64,000 bases of DNA, taken from assembly GCA_023261645.1 (NCBI GenBank), contig JAHFOO010000003.1, positions 31,951 to 95,950 of the forward strand, given 5' to 3'. The DNA comes from Candidatus Moraniibacteriota bacterium. Lineage in GTDB: Bacteria > Patescibacteriota > Minisyncoccia > Moranbacterales > UBA1568. Below the pieces are notes generated by a model. That model made no database searches, was not told where the DNA came from, and saw nothing but the letters and a program-made list of their open reading frames with translations. Below, piece by piece: positions 1 through 9,500 of the stretch (position 1 is the stretch's first letter; every line of letters begins with the position of its first letter). A program made the position numbers and the translations under genes.

Positions 1-463
1 AGAAATCTTCTCGGTAAGCCAAAACGATCAATGCCCGATACAACTCCGGGACTTTTTCCAATGCTCGATCCAAATCTTCAGTTTTTTCAGCCTTTTCCAA
101 AATCTCATCCGGCAACGGTACGTTCTCATCGATTACTTCCAGTGTCATCTTCCCCTCTCCATCTTCGAAAGAAGAGAATGGGATACTCTGCTTCTTCTTG
201 AAAGAATCAAATGTCGTATTTTTGGCAATGGTGAAAATCCAAGTTTTGAAACTCCTCTTCTGATCAAAACGAGCGATATGCCTCCATACTTTGATGAATG
301 TATCCTGCACCAAGTCCTCTGCTATATTTCGATCGTGAGTAAACAGAAAAATGAAATTATAGAGTGGCGATAGATACTTCTTTACAAGTTGTTCGAAGGC
401 TCTGTCATCGCCGGAGAGAAAATCTTGCACCAATTGTTGATCATCTTGCAACATACCATTCAT
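1..463 (-). CDS. RNA polymerase ECF-type sigma-70 factor (C-terminus lies outside the window)
   Basis: Reverse-strand translation starts at the ATG at 463-461: MNGMLQDDQQLVQDFLSGDDRAFEQLVKKYLSPLYNFIFLFTHDRNIAEDLVQDTFIKVWRHIARFDQKRSFKTWIFTIAKNTTFDSFKK... This is a typical sigma-70 region 2 of ECF factors. The ORF runs off the window start and is therefore missing from the ORF track. Confidence 0.7.
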   Translation of the reverse strand, partial: MNGMLQDDQQLVQDFLSGDDRAFEQLVKKYLSPLYNFIFLFTHDRNIAEDLVQDTFIKVWRHIARFDQKRSFKTWIFTIAKNTTFDSFKKKQSIPFSSFEDGEGKMTLEVIDENVPLPDEILEKAEKTEDLDRALEKVPELYRALIVLAYREDF

Positions 464-492
464 AATTACAGAAAGAATCCACTTCAAAAATT

Positions 493-1602
493 CTATTCAA
501 TAGTAATAGCGACTATTTCAGACTGTGTGCCGATACGCATCGCGGGTCCCCACGTACCGACGCCACTCGTCGTGTACAAAGCGAAATCCCCAAAAGTATA
601 TAGTCCGTAATCGAAGCCTTTATGTATTATGTGTGTAATAAACTGAAAAGGAAACTGCTGACCCTGATGTGTGTGCCCGGCCAAAAAGAGATTTACTCCA
701 CTTTGCCTCACCTCATCGATATTCTTGGGGGCATGATAGAGGAGCACACTCGGTTTTCCGGAAAACTGATCCTTCAAAGATGCGAGAGTCGTGATGATAT
801 CTTTCTCCTCCCCTCGGTTCGGATAATTCACTCCGATTAATTTGAGACCATCGACATCCAAAACCTCATCTTGCATCAGGATCACCTTTGTCTTCCGTAA
901 AACAGCTAAAGATTTTTCGACTCCCAAGTAGGTTTCGTGATTGCCACTCACGAAAAATATTCCGTTTTCTGTTTCGATACTATCCAATGGTTGTACGAGA
1001 GAATCCAAGTGGCCATCCATTCCATCGAAGAGATCTCCGGTAATCACCACTATCTTCGGATGAAGCGTGTTTACCTTTTCGACAACGTCTTTGAGAAAAC
1101 CTGCCTGATATATGTGTCCCAAATGCACGTCAGAAAGCTGAACGATCGTTTTTCCTTTCCATACATCCGGAATACCGGGAATACGGACAGAAATATGTTT
1201 CACAACCGGATGAAAAGCATTCCAGACCCCGTACAAAGAGACAAATAAAGCCAATCCGAAGAAAAATAATCCCAATAATCCCTTGTCTACACCAAGATTT
1301 GCATACCTATTGATCCACAAAATAAGCCATACGGCGATAAGGGCCAGCATACTATTCACCAATAGTCCCAGCCAGAATCCGGAAAGGAAATAGAGTGCTC
1401 GTGTGAAAATATTCTCATATAGATGAGCGAGTACGGAGGAAAGAAAGAAACTCATCGAAAGAAAGATCAGGATACAAGCAAGAATATATTTCTGGGTAAT
1501 GTCCGTTATCGAGAAAAAATGTATGAAAGAAACATACACAATACTATGAGCTCCAAGCAAAATTGTAAGAAATGAAAGAAGAAAAAAAACGACTTGCATC
1601 AT
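493..1602 (-). CDS. Membrane-anchored calcineurin-like metallophosphoesterase
   Basis: The N-terminus has several hydrophobic helices. The C-terminal domain carries metallophosphoesterase motifs: VQLSDVHLG, ITGDLFDG, GNHE, GHTHQ. Confidence 0.8.
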   Translation of the reverse strand: MMQVVFFLLSFLTILLGAHSIVYVSFIHFFSITDITQKYILACILIFLSMSFFLSSVLAHLYENIFTRALYFLSGFWLGLLVNSMLALIAVWLILWINRYANLGVDKGLLGLFFFGLALFVSLYGVWNAFHPVVKHISVRIPGIPDVWKGKTIVQLSDVHLGHIYQAGFLKDVVEKVNTLHPKIVVITGDLFDGMDGHLDSLVQPLDSIETENGIFFVSGNHETYLGVEKSLAVLRKTKVILMQDEVLDVDGLKLIGVNYPNRGEEKDIITTLASLKDQFSGKPSVLLYHAPKNIDEVRQSGVNLFLAGHTHQGQQFPFQFITHIIHKGFDYGLYTFGDFALYTTSGVGTWGPAMRIGTQSEIVAITIE

Positions 1603-1632
1603 ATGCTTATGTATTACTTTTGGATATATCTT

Positions 1633-2259
1633 TTATGTTCGTGGATTTCCTTTCTTCCACTCGGCAATGCTCCCCATTTTTCTTTCAAGTGGGCTCGCTT
1701 TCCGTATAAGTCTTTTATTTTTTTTCGGCACGATCGGAAAGTGCCTCACATCATCGAGTGCGTGTGCAATATACCAGACATCTTCCGAGGAAGTGATCCA
1801 CTCCATACCGAAACGCTTGAGGGAAATCGGTACTGAATAACTCTGAAGCGTCTTCCGTCCTGTGGTGATCATAAAGTATTCGTGAAAGTAAGACAATGCC
1901 AATTCGCGAATCGTCCGATATATCGGATCACGAAACCTCAGCACTGAGTGATTCGTCTTGCTTATTGCGCCCCAGTAGCCATTCCGCTTATATAAAGCCA
2001 CTACATGGTCGTCATCATACCGAAGCGTCGTCAGATCAAGAAGGAGCGGTTCTTCGCCGTGAAGCCACAGTGCCGTAGCAGCCAGCATCGCCCCTTCGAT
2101 ACAGTGCGCCTTTTTCTCACGAAGTACCTGGCGTGGCGACAAACAAGTATCACCATTTTTCTCGTGATTGATGGGCAACCTATCGAGAAAATCCTGGATT
2201 TTTTCCGGTGTAGAAAGCTTCTTCAGAACGGTCAACTCTTTTTTTGATAATCCGAACAT
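1633..2259 (-). CDS. Transglutaminase-like superfamily putative cysteine peptidase
   Basis: A Cys motif (KKAHCIEGAMLAATALWLHG) is followed by DDDHVVALYKRNGYWGAISKTN, arranged like a transglutaminase-core Cys-His-Asp triad. The assignment is by pattern only. Confidence 0.35.
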   Translation of the reverse strand: MFGLSKKELTVLKKLSTPEKIQDFLDRLPINHEKNGDTCLSPRQVLREKKAHCIEGAMLAATALWLHGEEPLLLDLTTLRYDDDHVVALYKRNGYWGAISKTNHSVLRFRDPIYRTIRELALSYFHEYFMITTGRKTLQSYSVPISLKRFGMEWITSSEDVWYIAHALDDVRHFPIVPKKNKRLIRKASPLERKMGSIAEWKKGNPRT

Positions 2260-2358
2260 ACGTCTATTATAGCATCACCTCTTAAGCACATTCTCACCAC
2301 ATAAAAACGCCATCAAAGAAAGATGGCGTTCCAAATGTCATTATTAAAATCAAAAATA

Positions 2359-2901
2359 TTATTTAGACCAGTCAGCCGGTGCTTGCACCACATTCCCTCC
2401 TGCATCTACGACAACGCCTGTGTCATCCTTGATATTGGCTTCTGAACCATTTTGATCATCCTGCAGAAATCTATCGATGAAATACAGTTGTTCACCTGTC
2501 TTCAATATATATTGCTGATCATGATACTCTGCTTTCTGTGCCTTGAGTGATATTTCTGTCGTTCCGTCGGTCAAAGCTTTTTTGGTCATTACAAAACCGG
2601 ACAAAGCTGTCTTTGCATCAGCACTAAGCGGTGCATCTCCAGAAATGAGATACGCATTCTTTGCATATTCCTGTTCAGAGAATTTTGTTGCTGTTACGAC
2701 AGGCACTTTCGCTTTTTTTTCTTTACTTGTCTGTTCAGTGCCATTTTTCAGCAGTCCCAGATTGGAAAGCTTGTTCTTCTCATATTTCGCTCCGATATAA
2801 AAGATTCCTCCTGCGACTACAACCAGTATCAAACCGATAGTAAGCGTCTTCTTGTTATATCCCCAGATTTTTCCATCTTCTTCCATAATATTTATTCTCA
2901 C
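2359..2901 (-). CDS. Hypothetical membrane-anchored exported protein
   Basis: A 180-aa ORF with one N-terminal transmembrane helix (LTIGLILVVVAGGIFYIGA) and a hydrophilic remainder. No recognisable domain. Confidence 0.4.
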   Translation of the reverse strand: MRINIMEEDGKIWGYNKKTLTIGLILVVVAGGIFYIGAKYEKNKLSNLGLLKNGTEQTSKEKKAKVPVVTATKFSEQEYAKNAYLISGDAPLSADAKTALSGFVMTKKALTDGTTEISLKAQKAEYHDQQYILKTGEQLYFIDRFLQDDQNGSEANIKDDTGVVVDAGGNVVQAPADWSK

Positions 2902-2999
2902 TGATTAAGCACTCGCTATTGTATCATAGAAATATATCCTTTGCATATCTATATCCGATTGTATTTTCCGTAAAAAAAGTGTATCTTAAGAGGAGATAT

Positions 3000-3908
3000 A
3001 TGCTTCATTCAACAATAAAAGGAGCCGATTTCGGAGAAGAAGAGACTGCTTTCTATGCAGAGGCTTTCATGCGGAATATCGGACTACTGAAAGAGGAAGA
3101 ACAAGAAAAATTACACAACGCCCATATTGCGATAGCTGGTCTCGGTGGTGTCGGGGGCATTCACGCACTGAGTTTCGCACGCTTGGGAGTGGGAAGATTC
3201 AGTATTTCTGATAAGGATACTTTCGAAACTGCCAATATCAACCGTCAAGCCGGTGCCACGCAGGATACTTTCGGACAAGATAAAGCAGAGGTACTGGAAA
3301 AAATGATTCATGCTATCAACCCCTTTGCAGAAGTACGCCGATTCTCTCATGGTATTTCAGAAGAGACAGTGGACGCCTTCTTGGCCGATGCTTCTCTCGT
3401 CATCGATGGTTTGGATTTTTTTGAAATCGGTGTACGGCGGCTTCTCTTTCGCAAGGCCCAAGAAAAAAATCTCTCCGCCATCACCGCCGGTCCGGTCGGT
3501 TTCGGAGGAGCGATGCTTGTCTTCGATCCGCAAGGAATGAGTTTCGATGCTTATTTCGATCTCCACGATGGGATGAGCGAAGAAGAGATGGTGCTCCTCT
3601 TCGGTATCGGTCTCGCTCCGGCCCTCCTGCAGAGGAAATATTTCAAACCGGACACCATCGATCTCAAAAAAAGATCGGCGCCTTCCCTCGTCACAGGGAC
3701 GCTTTTTGCTTCCGGTCTTGTCACTTGTGAGGCGGTAAAAATTCTCCTTGGAGAAAAAGTCTACCCTGCACCGCACTTCTCCCAATTTGATCCGTACGTC
3801 CGTCGATATAAAAAAGGGTATCTCTGGGGAGGAAATCGCCATCCTCTTCAACGCTTCAAGAAATGGTATATCCTACGGAAATTGAAGCAACAACAAAAAA
3901 TTTCTTAA
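3000..3908 (+). CDS. ThiF/MoeB/HesA-family E1-like adenylyltransferase
   Basis: Rossmann nucleotide-binding motif IAIAGLGGVGGIHALSFARLGVGRFSISDKDTFETANINRQ. The track ORF starts at a TTG at 2919. The in-frame ATG at 3000 is preceded by AAGAGGAGA and is taken as the likely start. Confidence 0.8.
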   Translation: MLHSTIKGADFGEEETAFYAEAFMRNIGLLKEEEQEKLHNAHIAIAGLGGVGGIHALSFARLGVGRFSISDKDTFETANINRQAGATQDTFGQDKAEVLEKMIHAINPFAEVRRFSHGISEETVDAFLADASLVIDGLDFFEIGVRRLLFRKAQEKNLSAITAGPVGFGGAMLVFDPQGMSFDAYFDLHDGMSEEEMVLLFGIGLAPALLQRKYFKPDTIDLKKRSAPSLVTGTLFASGLVTCEAVKILLGEKVYPAPHFSQFDPYVRRYKKGYLWGGNRHPLQRFKKWYILRKLKQQQKIS

Positions 3909-5035
3909 AAACGCTTATGCCATCCCTTTCTCCAGAACTTCTGAAACAGATTCTTGAAGAAGCGCGTTTCGCTCCTTCCGGAGATAATATCCAGCCCTGG
4001 CTTTTCAAGATGTATCCTGATCATTCCCTCGTTCTCCATAGGAACGAGCCGGAAAATCTCCTTGCTTCCGATTATTTTCTGAATGCATCGTTTGTCGCAC
4101 TCGGTTGCATATTGGAGAATGTCGCCATCGCTTCGGAACATTATGGCTTTTCCAGTACTGTCGTTATCCACGAAGATTGTGTTTCTGATGAAACCCCTCA
4201 AGCTACCATCCATTTCATACCAACCACGCTTTCCGCTGAACAACAGGAATCGAATGAGAGACTTTTCCAGGTGATGTGCAAACGACATACTGATCGACGC
4301 CCCTACAAGAAGCAACCGCTCGATGATACGACGAAACGGCTTTTCGAAAAGACAGCCTTGGAGGGAGGCGGGAAACTCCACTTGATAGAAGGCGAAGAAA
4401 TGCTCGATGCTTTTGGAAAAACTCTCGGTAGTCACGATACGTATCTCTGGAATGATGCCACTCTGCGTGATAACCTGATCAGGTTCATTCATTTCTCCCA
4501 ATCAAATCATAGTGCCACAAGCGGAATGCCTCTCGATACGCTCGGTCTCGGAACGCTCAGCATTTTCTTCAAAACCGCCATTCTACTCGCGTACCGCATT
4601 CCTCTCCTGTGGAAAGTCATCTGTTTTGCTTCCCGATTCGGTACGCAAAAAACGCTTTCTGCTTCGAGCGCCTTGGTTTTTCTCACGCTCCCGAAACAGA
4701 AAATTCAGACGAGTCCGTTATCAGACACACCTACCAAAGACCTGGTACGCGGAGGAAGGATAGCGGAACGTCTCTGGTTACTGGCAGAAACGCTCGGATT
4801 GTCGCTCCAACCGCAATACGCCTTTGTCGCTATGGCTCATAATGCCGGGAATGAAAAATTGGGACAGTCTTTCCTTTCTGCCAACAAAAAAATCATCGCT
4901 TTTCTCAGATCTCACTGTCCGTGGTTCGAAAAAGAATCTCTCGTCTTCGCCTATCGCATCGGTTTCGTGGTGTCGAAGAAGAGAGCCTCTACGACAGAAC
5001 GCAAGAGCGTTGAAGAAATCCTGTGGCACACATAA
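3863..5035 (+). CDS. Tandem nitroreductase-fold (SagB/McbC-like FMN dehydrogenase) protein
   Basis: N-terminal domain shows RFAPSGDNIQPW (nitroreductase APSxxNxQPW signature). A second nitroreductase-like half ends ...GGRIAERLWLLAETLGLSLQP. It overlaps the 3' end of the ThiF-like gene by 46 nt. An alternative start is the ATG at 3917. Confidence 0.6.
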   Translation: MVYPTEIEATTKNFLKTLMPSLSPELLKQILEEARFAPSGDNIQPWLFKMYPDHSLVLHRNEPENLLASDYFLNASFVALGCILENVAIASEHYGFSSTVVIHEDCVSDETPQATIHFIPTTLSAEQQESNERLFQVMCKRHTDRRPYKKQPLDDTTKRLFEKTALEGGGKLHLIEGEEMLDAFGKTLGSHDTYLWNDATLRDNLIRFIHFSQSNHSATSGMPLDTLGLGTLSIFFKTAILLAYRIPLLWKVICFASRFGTQKTLSASSALVFLTLPKQKIQTSPLSDTPTKDLVRGGRIAERLWLLAETLGLSLQPQYAFVAMAHNAGNEKLGQSFLSANKKIIAFLRSHCPWFEKESLVFAYRIGFVVSKKRASTTERKSVEEILWHT

Positions 5036-5051
5036 ACTCAAATGTCTTTTC

Positions 5052-5819
5052 TTACTCGGATTTTTTCGGTGGAATGGCCCACGGACAGGTGTTATCGACA
5101 GCCAATTGAGCCCATATCTCACGATACCAGAGGCGATACCCTGCACTGCTCGGATGAAGCATATCGGGTGCGAAGTATTTCTTCGGTTCTTTTTCGAAAA
5201 AATAAAATTGACTGAAAAGATCCACGCAGGCGATGTCTCTCTCTTTGGCGACACGCGTGAAGATATTTTGAACACAAAGGGCGCGCGTACCGAGAAAACG
5301 TCGTAGCATCTTCGGAAAAAACGGGGCGAAACCAATATTGCTGTACACGAGCAGGATAGTCTTCCGACCGGAAAGAATATTCGCTAGATCGAGTACCCGT
5401 ACGATATCTTTTTCCAGACGGGCATACGCGCTCAAATGCCAGACATCGTTACCGCCGATACTGATGATGACAAGATCATACCGCTTCTCTTTTTTCTTCT
5501 CAAAAATGGCAATCAAGTCACGTGTCCGAAAGCCGTTTTCTGAAAGATTCTCAATCTCTACTCTCGGCAGATCGTGAGCAAGAAGACCACTTAGAGATTC
5601 TTCCGGTCTTGTTGCTCCGGTACCATAGCTCGTGCTGTCTCCGACGATGAGGATTCTTTTCTGTGCTCCTTTTGGATGCACGGAATATGAATGACTCATC
5701 AAAGAAAGACTCTTGTTGAGAGCTATACGCCACAGCATCCTCAGTGCCGTTACAACGATGAAACTATCCAAAAGGATGAAAAATATCGAAAAAAAATCGA
5801 GTCCGTTGAAAAAATCCAT
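5052..5819 (-). CDS. SGNH/GDSL-family hydrolase, membrane anchored
   Basis: N-terminal transmembrane helix, then the GDS block ILIVGDSTSYGTGA, the IGGNDV block and DMLHPSSAGY (the DxxH catalytic block). Confidence 0.75.
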   Translation of the reverse strand: MDFFNGLDFFSIFFILLDSFIVVTALRMLWRIALNKSLSLMSHSYSVHPKGAQKRILIVGDSTSYGTGATRPEESLSGLLAHDLPRVEIENLSENGFRTRDLIAIFEKKKEKRYDLVIISIGGNDVWHLSAYARLEKDIVRVLDLANILSGRKTILLVYSNIGFAPFFPKMLRRFLGTRALCVQNIFTRVAKERDIACVDLFSQFYFFEKEPKKYFAPDMLHPSSAGYRLWYREIWAQLAVDNTCPWAIPPKKSE

Positions 5820-5824
5820 ATTTT

Positions 5825-6628
5825 TTATTGATGCTTCAGCAATTCATCATAGCGCTCTGTAGAGAGTACTTCACGAAGTTTAGTATACCACAAGCCATAA
5901 CCCTCTCCGTTCGGATGAATCCCATCGGAAGCGAAAAGAAGATGTGGGGATTGCCTGAATGGGTCCGCTGCTTTCTCTTCAAAAAGATCGACGTAACTGA
6001 CTTCTGCAGATTCTGTCGCTTCCAGGAATAGTGCACGAATCTTTCTTGTCCTTTCTTCGAAATAACAGCTCAAAGGAAAACGAAAAAAAGGAATCGTGCC
6101 AAGATTGGCAGATGAAGATACCACAACCCTCCCAGCGCTTATTTTTTTTGCACTGGCGAAAATATAATCGAGTCTCCTCGAAAAATGCGTCAATGGTCTG
6201 AGTGTAAGCGTGTCTATCCCACCGATCTGGATGATGACAAGATCAGCCTTCATATCCGGATGATCTCTCAGAAAAACGGCTAGTTCTCTCGTCCCCATAC
6301 CTACCTTGGCATAGTTCCTGATGGAAATGAGAGGAAATTCCGCTCCCAATCGCCCAGCCAAAGAGAATTCCGGACGTTCCGATCCCGTGCCGGCTACCGT
6401 GCTGTCACCAAGAATAATGACTGTTTTTCCACTGCGCTCTCTCCTATACGGATGAGTCGTATAGCCTAAATACTTGGCAATACTGCCAAAAAGAATCAAA
6501 GAAAAAATCTCAAAAAGAGCATAACAAAAGATGATAAGTCCCAACCATTGAAGAAAAAGGAGAATGAGCATAAACAAGTGTTCCCCACATTGTAAAGAAT
6601 ATCGCTCCAAAAAGCAACTTACTCCCAA
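5825..6628 (-). CDS. SGNH/GDSL-family hydrolase, membrane anchored (tandem paralogue)
   Basis: VIILGDSTVAGTGS, IQIGGIDT and DGIHPNGEGY. Same architecture as the adjacent gene. Confidence 0.75.
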   Translation of the reverse strand: MGVSCFLERYSLQCGEHLFMLILLFLQWLGLIIFCYALFEIFSLILFGSIAKYLGYTTHPYRRERSGKTVIILGDSTVAGTGSERPEFSLAGRLGAEFPLISIRNYAKVGMGTRELAVFLRDHPDMKADLVIIQIGGIDTLTLRPLTHFSRRLDYIFASAKKISAGRVVVSSSANLGTIPFFRFPLSCYFEERTRKIRALFLEATESAEVSYVDLFEEKAADPFRQSPHLLFASDGIHPNGEGYGLWYTKLREVLSTERYDELLKHQ

Positions 6629-6702
6629 GGAACGCCCGACTTTCCCTGCAATAAAGAACTCTATTCTTGAGGAAATATGATATACTGGACAGAAATGCCT
6701 CT

Positions 6703-7320
6703 ATGGAAAATAGCTTTCTGCTGTTCCTCGGTCCGTGGTTACAATCGCACATCATTTTGTGGGGTCCTATCGCTATCTGGGTCACGGTCTTTCTCTTCGG
6801 TGAAAATGGAGCCTTGATCGCTTTTGCCTTCTCAGCACAAGGATTTATTTCACCAGCGGATGCTCTCATTTTTTCCTTCCTTGGATCCTTTTCTGCAGAT
6901 CTTTTCTGGTATTTCATCATAGTCAGCACCTTCCGTTCCTGGTATGAACGACATTTCAAGAAAACTCTCCGGGCATCAGACACCAAACGATCTTTCCTAA
7001 GTCTTGCAGACAATCACCCTTATGCCCTCTTGATTCTCCTGAAGTTCTTGGTCGGAGTGAGACTTATCTTGACTTTTTATATTCTTACCAAGAAAAAACT
7101 CCCCTTTCAGGCGTATTTTTTCTGTATCCTTCTCGGAAATATTCTCTTTGTAGCGGTACTATTCCCCATCGGATGGCTTCTTGGCACGGGTGCCAAAGAG
7201 GCTCTGCTCATAGGACAAGGCTTATCGAGCATCCTGACCACTCTCGTCATTGTCGGTATCACCAGTCAAGCTCTCCTGTATCTCATCCGTCGCGCCCTGC
7301 TTCGTTTTTCCAAAAAATAA
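6703..7320 (+). CDS. DedA/VTT-domain-like integral membrane protein
   Basis: Polytopic membrane protein. KFLVGVRLILTF resembles the DedA R-[FL]-[IV]-P-x-x-R region. The track ORF starts at a TTG at 6667. The ATG at 6703 (MENSF...) is the likelier start. Confidence 0.45.
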   Translation: MENSFLLFLGPWLQSHIILWGPIAIWVTVFLFGENGALIAFAFSAQGFISPADALIFSFLGSFSADLFWYFIIVSTFRSWYERHFKKTLRASDTKRSFLSLADNHPYALLILLKFLVGVRLILTFYILTKKKLPFQAYFFCILLGNILFVAVLFPIGWLLGTGAKEALLIGQGLSSILTTLVIVGITSQALLYLIRRALLRFSKK

Positions 7321-7496
7321 ATCCGGTGCAACCCGATTCGATTCAAATCAAGGCGAGTAAAATCGGATGTTCTAATTCATTATCCGGACATTCCTCCACG
7401 ATCGACTTCCATTTTTGTGCTATACTGAAAACAAAAGAATCACTATTATAAGGGCTTATTTCTCGAAGAAAATAAGAAAAAAATCACTCTAAAAAA

Positions 7497-8684
7497 ATGC
7501 CTTCTTTCTCTCTTCTTTGGATGTACGTAGCACGTGATATCGGTCGGAGCAAGGCGCTCTTCGCACTCATCATTTTCAGTCTGGCCGTTGCTTCAACGGC
7601 GCTCCTTCTTACCGTAGGAATCTTGGACGGTTTCCGAGTAATGCTGACCGATGGTGAACGTGGTTGGCTCGGCGACATCGTCATCACACCGCAAGACGAC
7701 GACCGTTCCATCGAACAAGTACGTTTCATAGAGGAACAACTCCAATCATTGCCGGAAGTAGAAGCTTTCAGCCTAAGAAGTCGAAGTCAGTCTGTACTCC
7801 GTTATGAAAACAGAAAAACGACTCCTTTTCAAATCTTGGGTATCGACCCAGCTTCGGATAGCAGAGTAACATGGCTCCAATCGAAAATAATCGAGGGAAC
7901 CTATTTCGAAAATTCCACCGCCGATGAAGTGATTCTGGGGAAAAACCTGAGTGACAGTCTCATCGGATCTTTGGATGACAACAAAAGTATTCATCCTGGT
8001 GAAGATATCTATGTTCTTTCGTCTTCCGGTGAATACAAACCCTACAGAGTGCGTGGCATCGTCGATGCAAAGACATTCTTCCCGAACTGGAGCCTCTTCT
8101 TCACGAAAGATCGTCTGGAGAAGATCGACGCGAGCAGCCGTAATTCACAACTGATCGTGAAAATCTCTGATGAAAAACAGGTGCTCGGTGTACGCGATTC
8201 ATTACGTGCACAATTTCCCGGGGCGACTGTAAAAACATGGGAAGAAGAGTCAAGCTACACTCGGGATATTCTCCAAACAGTGACATTTATCACACGCTCC
8301 ATCCATGATCTGCTCGTCCTGACGGTATTTATGGTCATCAGCATCGTCATCTTCATCAATGTCAACCAAAAGAAAAAACAGATCGGTATACTGAAGGCGA
8401 TGGGTACGAACAATTCTTTCATCGTCACCGCCTATATAACGCAGGCATCGATTTACGCAATCTTTGGTTTCATCATCGGCCTTGGTCTGTTCTTCATCTT
8501 CTTTTGGTGGTCCATCAATCATCCTATCCCCCTCCTTATCGGTGATTTCCGTTTACAAGTTTCTCTTATGACAGGTCTGAGTTCTTTCATCACTCTTGCT
8601 GTAGCGTCTATCGGCGGAGCCCTTATTCCATCCTTCTTGGCAGCCCGGATGCGTATTATCGATGTTATCCGCAACAATAATTGA
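7497..8684 (+). CDS. ABC transporter permease, FtsX/MacB-type
   Basis: N-terminal transmembrane helix, a periplasmic domain, and a C-terminal FtsX domain (ILKAMGTNNSFIVTAYITQASIYAIFGFIIGLGLF). Confidence 0.8.
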   Translation: MPSFSLLWMYVARDIGRSKALFALIIFSLAVASTALLLTVGILDGFRVMLTDGERGWLGDIVITPQDDDRSIEQVRFIEEQLQSLPEVEAFSLRSRSQSVLRYENRKTTPFQILGIDPASDSRVTWLQSKIIEGTYFENSTADEVILGKNLSDSLIGSLDDNKSIHPGEDIYVLSSSGEYKPYRVRGIVDAKTFFPNWSLFFTKDRLEKIDASSRNSQLIVKISDEKQVLGVRDSLRAQFPGATVKTWEEESSYTRDILQTVTFITRSIHDLLVLTVFMVISIVIFINVNQKKKQIGILKAMGTNNSFIVTAYITQASIYAIFGFIIGLGLFFIFFWWSINHPIPLLIGDFRLQVSLMTGLSSFITLAVASIGGALIPSFLAARMRIIDVIRNNN

Positions 8685-8690
8685 ACATCT

Positions 8691-9500
8691 ATGTTTCCCG
8701 CACATCTGCACCAACAAAGCTCGCAAATGACTCCCTACGCTTCAGGAAGAGATCATTCTTCTTCATCTCTGCCAGCACTTGTCAGTATCCGAAACATTGT
8801 GAGACGCTATGAACCTCCAGAAGGAGTTCCTATCACAGCCTTAAACGGTGTCAGTCTGGAAATTTACAAAGGTGAGTTCCTCGCAGTGACAGGTCATTCC
8901 GGTTCAGGCAAAAGTACTTTTTTGAACCTCATCGGACTCATTGATGAACCGAGCAGTGGCGATATCATCATAAACGGTCGCAATACCTCCCTTTTCAACG
9001 AAAAAGAACGTACCGAATTTCGATTGAATGCCTTGAGTTTCGTCTTCCAATCCTTCAATCTCATAGAAAATTTCACGGCACTCGAAAATATCGCCTTTCA
9101 ACTCCGTTTGCAAGGATATAGTAAAAGAGACGCTCACAAACAAGCTCAGGAAACACTGAACTATCTCGGCCTTCAAGACCGGGCCCGTCTCTACCCACGA
9201 GAATTGTCCGGAGGAGAACAACAGCGTATCGCCATCGGACGAGCGCTCGTCAAAGATTCCTTCCTTCTGTTGGCCGATGAACCAACGGCTCATCTCGATT
9301 CCAAGAATTCTCAAAATGTTATGGAACTTCTCTCCCAAGTCAATCGTGAATTCGGACGGACCATCGTTCTGGTCACTCACGAAACGGAAGAAACAGCATT
9401 CGCCAACCACACAGTCACGTTCCGCGATGGCCGGATAACCAGTGATGAGAGAGCAGAAACGGAAAATTCTGCTATAATACGGAAAACATCCTATGTTTAA
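8691..9500 (+). CDS. ABC transporter ATP-binding protein (MacB/LolD-type)
   Basis: Walker A GHSGSGKST, ABC signature LSGGEQQRIAIGRAL, Walker B LLADEPTAHLD. Its stop overlaps the next gene's start (ATGTTTAA). Confidence 0.9.
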   Translation: MFPAHLHQQSSQMTPYASGRDHSSSSLPALVSIRNIVRRYEPPEGVPITALNGVSLEIYKGEFLAVTGHSGSGKSTFLNLIGLIDEPSSGDIIINGRNTSLFNEKERTEFRLNALSFVFQSFNLIENFTALENIAFQLRLQGYSKRDAHKQAQETLNYLGLQDRARLYPRELSGGEQQRIAIGRALVKDSFLLLADEPTAHLDSKNSQNVMELLSQVNREFGRTIVLVTHETEETAFANHTVTFRDGRITSDERAETENSAIIRKTSYV

